NCBI GenBank assembly: GCA_964016885.1
Contig: OZ024740.1
Span: 15,252,001 to 15,316,000 of the forward strand
Origin: Eledone cirrhosa
Lineage: Eukaryota
Length of the DNA: 64,000 nucleotides
Direction: 5' to 3'
Under the pieces are notes generated by a model. It made no database searches, was not told where the DNA came from, and was given only the letters and a program-made list of their open reading frames with translations. Positions 45,001 to 55,000 of the stretch are shown here, piece by piece (position 1 is the first letter of the stretch; each line of letters begins with the position of its first letter). The translations under genes and the position numbers were made by a program.

Positions 45001-48000
45001 TTCCCACTACACAGAGGGGTGAAATATAGGATGTTGTAAACACCTTCATGATTATATTTCCCACTAAACAGAGGTGTGAAATATAGAATGTTTTAAATAC
45101 CTTCATGGTTATATTTCCCAATAAACAGAGGTGTGAAATATAGGATGTTTTAAACAACTTCATGGTTATATTTCCCACTAAACAGAGGTGTGAAATATAG
45201 GATGTTTTAAACACCTTCATGGCTATATTTCCCACTAAACAGAGGTGTGAAATATAGGATGTTTTAAACCCATTCCTGGTTATATTTCACACTATACAGA
45301 GGTGTGGAATATAGGATGTTTAAAACACCTTCATGGTTATATTTCCCACTAAACAGAGGTGTGAAATATAGAATGTTTTAAATACCTTCATGATTATATT
45401 TCCCAATAATCAGAGGTGTGAAATATAGGATGTTTTAAACACCTTCATGGTTATACTTCCCACTAAACAGAGGTGTGAAATATAGGATGTTGTAAACACC
45501 TTCATGGTTACATTTCCCACTAAACAGAGGTGTGAAATATAGGATGTTTAAAACACCTTCATGGCTATATTTCCCAATAAACAGAGGTGTGAAATATAGA
45601 ATGTTTTAAATAACTTCATGGTTATATTTCCCAATAAACAGAGGTGTGAAATATAGGATGTTTTAAACACCTTCATGGTTATATTTCCCACTAAACAGAG
45701 GTGTGAAATATAGGATGTTTTAAACACCTTCATGGTTATATTTCCCACTAAACAGAGGTGTGAAATATAGGATGTTTTAAACCCCTTCATGGTTATATTT
45801 CCCACTACACAGAGGTGTGAAATATAGGATGTTGTAAACACCTTCATGATTATATTTCCCACTAAACAGAGGTGTGAAATATAGAATTTTTTAAATACCT
45901 TCATGGTTATATTTCCCAATAAACAGAGGTGTGAAATATAGAATGTTTTAAACACCTTCATGGTTATATTTCCCACTAAACAGAGGTGTGAAATATAGGA
46001 TGTTTTAAACACCTTCATGGTTACATTTCCCACTAAACAGAGGTGTGAAATATAGGATGTTTAAAACACCTTCATGGCTATATTTCCCAATAAACAGAGG
46101 TGTGAAATATAGAATGTTTTAAATACCTTCATGGTTATATTTCCCAATAAACAGAGGTGTGAAATATAGGATGTTTTAAACACATTCATGGTTATATTTC
46201 CCACTAAACAGAGGTGTGCAATATAGGATGTTTTAAACACCTTCATGATTATATTTCCCGCTAAACAGAGGTGTGAAATATAGGATGTTGTAAACACCTT
46301 CATGGTTATATTTACCACTACACAGAGGTGTGAAATATAGGATGTTGTAAACACCTTCATGATTATATTTCCCACTAAACAGAGGTGTGAAATATAGAAT
46401 GTTTTAAATATATTCATGGTTATATTTCCCAATAAACAGAGGTGTGAAATATAGGATGTTTTAAACACCTTCATGGTTATATTTCCCACTAAACAGAGGT
46501 GTGAAATATAGGATGTTTTAAATACCTTAATGGTTATATTTCCCACTAAACAGAGGTGTGAAATATAGGATGTTTTAAACACCTTCATGGTTATATTTCC
46601 CACTAAACAGATGTGTGAAATATAGGATGTTTTAAACACCTTCATGTTTATATTTCCCACTAAACAGAGGTGTGAAATATAGGATGTTTTAAATACCTTC
46701 ATGGTTATATTTCCCACTAAACAGAGGTGTGCAATATAGGATGTTTTAAACACCTTCATGGTTATATTTCCCACTAAATAGAGGTGTGAAATATAGGATG
46801 TTTTAAACACCTTCATGGCTATATTTCCCACTAAACAGAGGTGTGAAATATAGGATGTTTTAAACACCTTCATGGTTATATTTCCCACTAAACTGAGGTG
46901 TAAAATATCGGATGTTTTAAACACCTTCATGGTTAAATTTCCCACTAAACAGAGGTGTGAAATATAGGATGCTTTAAACACCTTCATGGCTATATTTCCC
47001 ACTAAACAGAGGTGTGAAATATAGGATGCTTTAAACACCTTCATGGTTATATTTCCCACTAAACGGAGGTGTGAAATATAGGATGTCTTAACACCTTCAT
47101 AGTTATATTTCCCACTAAAGAGTGGTGTGAAATATAGGATGTTTTAAACACCTTCATGGTTATATTTCCGACAAAACAGAGGTGTGAAATATAGGATGTT
47201 TTAAACACCTTCATGGTTATATTTCCCACTAAACAGAGGTGTGAAATATAGGATGTTTTAAACACCTTCATGGTTATATTTCCCACTAAACAGAGGTTTG
47301 CAATATAGGATGTTTTAAACCGCTTCATGGTTATATTTCCCACTAAACAGAGGTGTGCAATATAGGATGTTTTAAACACCTTCATGTTTATATTTCCCAC
47401 TAAACAGAGGTGTGAAATATAGGATGTTGTAAACACCTTCATGGTTATATTTCCCACTACACAGAGGTGTGAAATATAGGATGCTGTAAACACCTTCATG
47501 ATTATATTTCCCACTAAACAGAGGTGTGAAATATAGATTGTTTTAAATACCTTCATGGTTATATTTCCCAATAAACAGAGGTGTGAAATATAGGATGTTT
47601 TAAACACCTTCATGTTTATATTTCCCACTAAACAGAGGTGTGAAATATAGGATGTTTTAAACACCTTCATGGCTATATTTCCCACTAAACAGAGGTGTGT
47701 AATATAGGATGTTTTAAACCCCTTCATGGTTATATTTCACACTAAACAGAGGTGTGGTATATAGGATGTTTAAAACAACTTCATGTTTATATTTCCCACT
47801 AAACAGAGGTGTGAAATATAGAATGTTTTAAATACCTTCATGGTTATATTTCCCACTAAACATAGCTGTGAAATATAGGATGTTTTAAACACCTTCATGG
47901 TTATATTTCCCACTAAACAGAGGTGTGAAATATAGGATGTTTTAAACACCTTCATGTTTATATTTCCCACTAAACAGAGGTGTGAAATATAGGATGTTTT

Positions 48001-48425
48001 AAACACCTTCATGGTTATATTTCCCACTAAACTGAGGTGTGAAATATCGGATGTTTTGAACACCTTCATGGTTATATTTCCCACTAAACAGAGGTGTGAA
48101 ATATAGGATGTTTTAAACACCTTCATGGTTATATTTCCCACTAAACAGAGGTGTGAAATATAGGATGTTGTAAACACCTTCATGGTTATATTTCCCACTA
48201 AACAGAGGTGTGAAATATAGGATGTTTAAAACACCTTCATGGCTATATTTCCCAATAAACAGAGGTGTGAAATATAGGATGTTTTAAACCCCTTCATGGT
48301 TATATTTCCCACTAAACAGAGGTGTGAAATATAGGATGTTTTAAACACCATCATGGTTATATTTCCTACTAAACAGAGGTGTGAAATATAGGATGTTTTA
48401 AACCCCTTCATGGTTATATTTCCCA
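1..48425. repeat. 57-bp tandem satellite array, about 850 monomers, head-to-tail, continuing past the left edge
   Basis: The consensus CACTAAACAGAGGTGTGAAATATAGGATGTTTTAAACACCTTCATGGTTATATTTCC (57 bp, 19 G+C, no CpG) repeats continuously, typically with 0-4 substitutions per copy. There are occasional 1-bp deletions (GTTTTAACACC; CATGGTATATT at ~6648, 11374, 16900, 18950) and a 2-bp insertion at ~15372. It ends abruptly at ...TATATTTCCCA (48425). No inversion is visible. Confidence 0.99.
19540..47330. repeat. Homogeneous higher-order-repeat (HOR) domain of the satellite (1938-bp 34-mer and 2849-bp 50-mer units)
   Basis: A near-identical 218-aa pseudo-ORF recurs at 19791, 21729, 24578, 26516, 30105, 32954, 34892, 37684, 41730 and 44579. 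Spacings are 1938, 2849, 1938, 3589, 2849, 1938, 2792, 4046 and 2849 bp, all multiples of 57 minus 0-2 bp. Boundaries are approximate. Confidence 0.92.
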
Positions 48426-48429
48426 TTTT

Positions 48430-48530
48430 GAAGAAGAAGAAGAAGAAGAAGAAGAAGAAGAAGAAGAAGAAGAAGAAGAAGAAGAAGAAGAAGAAGAAGA
48501 AGAAGAAGAAGAAGAAGAAGAAGAAGAAGA
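48430..48530 (+). repeat. Perfect (GAA)n microsatellite, about 33.7 units
   Basis: 101 bp of uninterrupted GAA, separated from the satellite end by TTTT. Confidence 0.99.
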
Positions 48531-48669
48531 TACAATGGCTACGTAAACCAAAATCACCTTTCTCAATTCAGAATAACTGACAGTATTGAGGGAAACTTTC
48601 GTTACTATTTCTAGCAAATGGATCTGCCACGTCAATACTCATTCGTTGGCTCGTGGCGTCTTACACTGA
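48531..48669. other. Short non-repetitive island, possibly a fragment or terminus of an interspersed element
   Basis: The longest complex-sequence stretch in the window. It contains a GCCACG (48626-48631) / CGTGGC (48652-48657) inverted repeat followed by CTGA|T at 48666-48670. The element interpretation is inference only. Confidence 0.45.
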
Positions 48670-48831
48670 TGGCGGTAGTGATGATGATGATGATAATTAT
48701 CATCATCATCATCATCATCGTCATCATCATGGTGATGATGATGATCATGTTGGTGATGATGGTGATGACGGAGATGGTGGTGATAGTGATGATGATGGTG
48801 ATGACAAGGATGATGATAATGATGATGATGG

Positions 48832-48862
<31 letters not shown>

Positions 48863-48943
48863 GATGATGATGGTGAGGAGGATGATGGTGGTGATGATGA
48901 TGGCGATGGTGATGATGATGGTGATGGTGATGATGATGATGGT
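48668..48943. repeat. Degenerate (GAT/GGT)n microsatellite with an internal inverted (CAT)n segment
   Basis: GAT triplets interrupted by GGT, GAC and GAG; a (CAT)n run lies at ~48701-48730. Confidence 0.96.
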
Positions 48944-49014
48944 AAAGTCATTATTATCGTCACTACAACTATAAAAACAACAACCCAACTAACAATGATA
49001 GTCATCATTCTCCT

Positions 49015-49050
<36 letters not shown>

Positions 49051-49057
49051 CAGCAGT

Positions 49058-49088
<31 letters not shown>

Positions 49089-49089
49089 A
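49015..49089 (+). repeat. Interrupted (CAG)n microsatellite, 25 triplets
   Basis: CAG run with CAA variants and two in-register TAG interruptions. Confidence 0.97.
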
Positions 49090-52000
49090 GCTCCTCATGT
49101 CTTGGTCCTAATTCCGCCTGTTACATTGATGCATGTTTGTGTCATTATGTGTGTGTATCAGTGTATGTGTGTATGTGTCATTATGTGTGTGTATCAATGT
49201 ATGTGTGTATGTGTCAGTATTTGTGTGTGTATCAGTGTATGTGTGTATGTGTCATTATGTGTGTGTATCAATGTATGTGTGTATGTGTCAGTATTTGTGT
49301 GTGTATCAGTGTATGTGTGTATGTGTCATTATGTGTGTGTATCAATGTATGTGTGTATGTGTCAGTGTTTGTGTGTGTATCAGTGTATGTGTCAGTATGT
49401 GTGTGTATCAATGTATGTGTCAGTATGTGTGTGTATCAGTGTATATGTCAGTGTGTGTGTGTGTATACCAGTGTATGTGTCAGTAAGTGTGTGTATCAGT
49501 GTATGTGTCAGTGTGTCTGTGTATCAATGTATGTGTCAGTATGTGTGTGTATCAGTGTATGTGTCAGTATGTGTGTGTATCCGTCTATCAGTGTATCGGT
49601 GTATATGTCAGTATATGTGTGTGTATCAGTGTCTCAGTGTATGTGTCAGTATGTGTGTGTATCAATGTATGTGTCAGTATGTGTGTGTATCAGTGTATCA
49701 GTGTATCAGTGTATGTGTCAGTAGGTGTGGGTACCAGTGTATCAGTGTATGTGTCAGTATGTGTGTGTATCAGTGTATCAGTGTATGTGTCAGTAGGTGT
49801 GGGTACCAGTGTATCAGTGTATGTGTCAGTATGTGTGTATATCAGTGTATCACTGTATGTGTCAGTATGTGTGTTTATCAGTGTATCAGTATATGTGTCA
49901 GTATGTGTGTGTATCAGTGTATCAGTGTATGTGTCAGTATGTGTGTGTATCAGTGTATCAGTGTATGTGTCAGTATGTGTGTGTATCAGTGTATCAGTGT
50001 ATGTGTCAGTATATGTGTGTGTATCAGTGTATCAGTGTATGTGTCAGACTCTGTGTGTGTGTATCAGTGTATCAGTGTATGTGTCAGTATGTGTGTATCA
50101 GTGTATGTGTCAGTATGTGTATATCAGTGTATATGTGTGTTTCAGTGTACGTGTCAGTATGTGTGTGTGTGTATCAGTGTATCAGTGTATGTGTCAGTAT
50201 GTGTGTGTATCAGTGTATCAGTGTACATGTCAGTCTGTGTATGTGTGTATCAGTGTATGTGTCAGTATGTGTGTATCAGTGTATCGGTGTATGTATCAGT
50301 ATGTGTGTGTATCAGTGTATCAGTGTATATGTCAGTCTCTGTGTGTGTGTATCAGTGTATCTGTCAGTATATGTGTGTGTATGAGTGTATTAGTGTATGT
50401 GTCAGTATATGTGTGTGTATCAGTGTATCAGTGTATGTGTCCGTATATGTGTGTATCAGTGTATCAGTGTATATGTCAGTATATGTGTGTGTATCAGTGT
50501 ATCAGTGTATATGTCAGTCTGTGTATCAGTGTATCAGTGTATGTGTCAGTATGTGTGTATCAGTGTATCGGTGTATGTATCATTATGTGTGTGTATCAGT
50601 GTATCAGTGTATATGTCAGTCTGTGTGTGTGTGTGTATCAGTGTATCTGTCAGTATATGTGTGTGTATCAATGTATGTGTCAGTATGTGTGTGTATCAGT
50701 GTATCAGTGTATGTGTCAGCATGTGTGTGATTATCAATGTATCAGTGTATGTGTCAGGATGTGTGTGTGTATCAGTGTATCAGTGTATCTGTCAGTATGT
50801 GTGTGTATCAGTGTTTCAGTGTATGTGTCAGTATGTGTGTGTGTATCAGTGTATCAGTGTATGTGTTAGTATGTGTGTGTAACAGTGTATCAATGTATGT
50901 GTGTGTATCAGTTTATCAATGTATGTGTCAATATGTGTGTGTATCCGTGTATCAGTGTATCAGTGTATCAGTGTATGTGTTAGTATGTATGTCTCTATCA
51001 GTGTATCGGTGTATGTGTCAGTATTTGTGTGTGTATCAGTGTATCAATGTATGTGTCAGTATGTGTGTGTGTATCAGTGTATTAGTGTATATGCCAGTGT
51101 GTGTGTGTGTATCAGTGTATCACTGTATATGTCAGTATGTGTGTGTGTATCAGTGTATTATTGTATGTGTCATTATGTGTGTGTATCAGTGTATTAGTGT
51201 ATGTGGCAGGATGTGTGTTTATCAATTTATCAGTGTATGTGTCAGTATGTGTGTATGTATCATTGTATCAGTGTATGTGTCAGTATGTGTGCGTGTATCA
51301 GTGTATTTGTGTGTATCAGTGGATCAGTGTATGTGTCAGCATGTGTGTGTGTATCAGTGTATCAGTGTAGGTGTTAGTATGAGTGTATCAGTGTATGTGT
51401 CAGTATGTGTGTGTGTCAGTGTTTCAGTGTATGTGTCAGGATGTGTGTATCAGTGTATGTGTGAGTATGTGTGTGTGTATCAGTGTATGTGTCAGTATGT
51501 GTGTGTGTGTATCAGTGTATGTGTCAGTATGTGTGTGTATCAGTGTATCAGCGTATCAGTGTATCAGTGTATATGTCAGTGTGCGTATCAGTGTATGTGT
51601 CAGTATGTGTGTGTATCAGTGTATCAGTGTATCAGTGTATATGTCAGTGTGTGTATCAGTGTATCATTCTATGTGACAGTATGTGTGTGTAGCAATGTAT
51701 CAGTGTATGTGTCAGTATGTGTGTATATCTGTGTATAAGTGTATGTATCTGTATGTGTGTGTATCAGAATATCAGTGTATGTGTCAGCAAGTGTGTGAGT
51801 GTATCAGTGTATGTGTCAATATGTATGTGTATCAGTGTATGTGTCAGTATGTGTGTGTGTATCAGTTATATGTCAGTAGGTGTGTGTGTATCAGTGTATA
51901 TGTAAGTATGTGTGTGTGTATCAGTGTATGTGTCAGTATGTGTGTGTATCAGTGTATCAGGCTATGTGTCAGTATGTGTGTGTATCAGTGTATCAGTGTA

Positions 52001-55000
52001 TGTGTCAGTATATGTGTGTGTATCAGTGTATCAGTGTATGTGTCAGTATATGTGTGTGTATCAGTGTATGTATCAGTATGTGTGTATATCAGTGTATCAG
52101 TGTATGTGTCAGTATATGTGTGTGTATCAGTGTATGTGTCAGTATGTGTGTGTATCAGTGTATGTGTCAGTATGTATGTGTATCAGTGTATGTGTCAGTA
52201 TGTGTGTGTATCAGTGTATGTGTCAGTATGTGTGTGTGTATCAGTGTATGTGTCAGTATGTGTGTGTATCAGTGTATCGGTGTATGTGTCAGTATGTGTG
52301 TGTGTATCAGTGTATGTGTCAGTATGTGTGTGTGTATCAGTGTATCAGTGTATGTGTCAGTATGTGTGTGTATCAGTGTATCAGTGTATATGTCAGTATA
52401 TGTGTGTGTATCAATGTATCAGTGAATATGTCAGTATGTGTATCAGTGTATCAGTGTGTGTCAGTATGTGTGTATCAGTGTATCGGTGTATGTATCAGTA
52501 TGTGTGTGTATCAGTGTATCAGTGTATATGTCAGTCTGTGTGTGTGTGTGTATCAGTGTATCAGTGTATGTGTCAGTATATGTGTGTGTATCAGTGTATG
52601 TCTCAGTATGTGTGTGTATCAATGTATGTGTCAGTATGTGTGTGTATCAGTGTATGAGTGTATGTGTCAGCATGTGTGTGATTATCAATGTATCAGTGTA
52701 TGTGTCAGGATGTGTGTGTATCAGTGTTTCAGTGTATGTGTCAGTATGTGTGTGTAACAGTGTATCAGTGTATGTGTGTGTATCAGTTTATAAATGTATG
52801 TGTCAGTATGTGTGTGTATCCGTGTATCAGTGTATCAGTGTATAGGTCAGTATATATGTGTGTGTATCAGTGTATCAGTGTATCAGTGTATGTGTAAGTA
52901 TGTATGTGTCTATCAGTGTATCGGTGTATGTGTCAGTATTTGTGTGTGTATCAGTGTATCAATGTATGTGTCAGTAAGAGTGTGTGTATCAGTGTATTAG
53001 TTTATATGCCAGTGTGTGTGTGTCTGTATCAGTGTATCACTGTATATGTCAGTATGTGTGTGTGTATCAGTGTATTATTGTATGTGTCATTATGTGTGTG
53101 TGTCAGTGTATCAGTGTATGTGGCAGGATGTGTGTGTATCAATTTATCAGTGTATGTGTCAGTATGTGTGTGTGTATCATTGTATCAGTGTATGTGTCAG
53201 TATGTGTGCGTGTATCAGTGTATCACGGTATGTGTCAGTATGTGTGTGTATCACTGTATCAGTGTATTTGTGTGTATCAGTGGATCAGTGTATGTGTCAG
53301 CATGTGTGTGTGTCAGTGTTTCAGTGTATGTGTCAGTATGTGTGTGTGTATCAGTGTATGTGTCAGTATGTGTGTGTAAGTGTATCAGTGTATGTGTCAG
53401 TATGTGTGTGTGTGTATCAGTGTATGTGTCAGTATGTGTGTGTATCAGTGTATCAGTGTATCAGTGTATATGTCAGTGTGTGTATCAGTGTATGTGTCAG
53501 TATGTGTGTGTGTCAGTGTATCAGTGCATGTGTCAGTATGTGTGGGTGTGTGTGTGTGTGTGTGTGTGTGTGTATCAGTGTATGTGTCTGTATGTGTGTG
53601 TATCAGTGTATCAGTGTATATGTCAGTGTGTGTATCAGTGTATCATTCTATGTGACAGTATGTGTGTGTAGCAATGTATCAGTGTATGTGTCAGTATGTG
53701 TGTATATCTGTGTATAAGTGTATGTATCTGTATGTGTGTGTATCAGTATATCAGTGTATGTGGCAGCAAGTGTGTGTGTGTATCAGTGTATGTGTCAATA
53801 TGTATGTGTATCAGTGTATGTGTCAGTATATGTGTGTGTATCAGTTATATGTCAGTAGGTGTATGTGTATCAGTGTATATGTCAGTATGTGTGTGTATCA
53901 GTGTATCAGGCTATGTGTCAGTATGTGTGTGTATCAGTGTATCAGTGTATGTGTCAGTATATGTGTGTGTTTCAGTGTATCTGTCAGTATGTGTGTGTAT
54001 GAGTGTATTAGTGTATGTGTCAGTATATGTGTGTGTATCAGTGTATCAGTGTATGTGTCAGTATGTGTGTGTATCAGTGTATCAGTGTATATGTCAGTAT
54101 ATGTGTGTGTATCCGTGTATCAGTGAATATGTCAGTCTGTGTATCAGTGTATCAGTGTATGTGTCAGTATGTGTGTATCAGTGTATCGGTGTATGTATCA
54201 GTATGTGTGTGTATCAGTGTATCAGTGTATATGTCGGTCTGTGTGTGTGTGTGTATCAGTGTATCAGTGTATCTGTCAGTATATGTGTGTGTATCAGTGT
54301 ATGTCTCAGTATGTGTGTGTATCAATGTATGTGTCAGTATGTGTGTGTATCAGTGTATCAGTGTATGTGTCAGCATGTGTGTGATTATCAATGTATCAGT
54401 GTATGTGTCAGGATGTGTGTGTATCAGTGTTTCAGTGTATGTGTCAGTATGTGTGTGTGTATCAGTGTATCAGTGTATGTGTTAGTATGTGTGTGTAACA
54501 GTGTATCAGTGTATGTGTGTGTATCAGTTTATAAATGTATGTGTCAGTATGTGTGTGTATCCGTGTATCAGTGTATCAGTGTATAGGGCAGTATATATGT
54601 GTGTGTATCAGTGTATCAGTGTATCAGTGTATGTGTTAGCATGTGTGTGTAACAGTGTATCAGTGTATGTGTGTGTATCAGTTTATAAATGTATGTGTCA
54701 GTATGTGTGTGTATCCAGTGTATCAGTGTATCAGTGTATAGGTCAGTATATACGTGTGTGTATCAGTGTATCAGTGTATCAGTGTATGTGTTAGTATGTA
54801 TGTGTCTATCAGTGTATCGGTGTATGTGTCAGTATTTGTGTGTGTATCAGTGTATCAATGTATGTGTCAGTATGTGTGTGTGTATCAGTGTATTAGTTTA
54901 TATGCCAGTGTGTGTGTGTGTGTATCAGTGTATCACTGTATATGTCAGTATGTGTGTGTGTATCAGTGTATTATTGTATGTGTCATTATGTGTGTGTATC

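Noticed and set aside
1-48425. CRISPR array or recombination-cassette array
   Set aside because: There are no unique spacers: the 8- and 9-bp segments between dyad arms are as conserved as the arms. No cas or recombinase genes are present.
1-48425. Alpha-satellite-like organisation (3 x 57 = 171 bp) or CENP-B box
   Set aside because: No trimeric periodicity among variants (units are 34, 50, 28 and 15 monomers). The consensus lacks CpG, so there is no canonical CENP-B box. The length match is probably coincidence.
231-48426. Dozens of minus-strand ORFs of repeated GNITMKVFKTSYISHLCLV as a repeat-protein gene family
   Set aside because: They follow from a 57-bp (19-codon) unit with one stop-free frame. 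Stops and frameshifts are frequent and are copied within HORs, most listed starts are GTG/TTG, common variants are mostly nonsynonymous, and there is no unique domain.
231-48426. Zinc-finger-like His/Cys repeat
   Set aside because: Only one His and one Cys (H-L-C) per 19 aa; no C-x2-C...H-x3-H spacing or TGEKP linker.
48626-48665. Rho-independent terminator or structured ncRNA at the GCCACG/CGTGGC hairpin
   Set aside because: There is no U-tract and no upstream gene, the context appears eukaryotic, and no tRNA or Pol III A/B-box features are recognisable.
48414-49111. Poly-Ser, poly-Asp/His, poly-Met/Ile, poly-Leu and polyQ ORFs
   Set aside because: These are translations of triplet microsatellites in several overlapping frames on both strands. 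The CAG frame is broken by TAG, and I see no splice or domain evidence.
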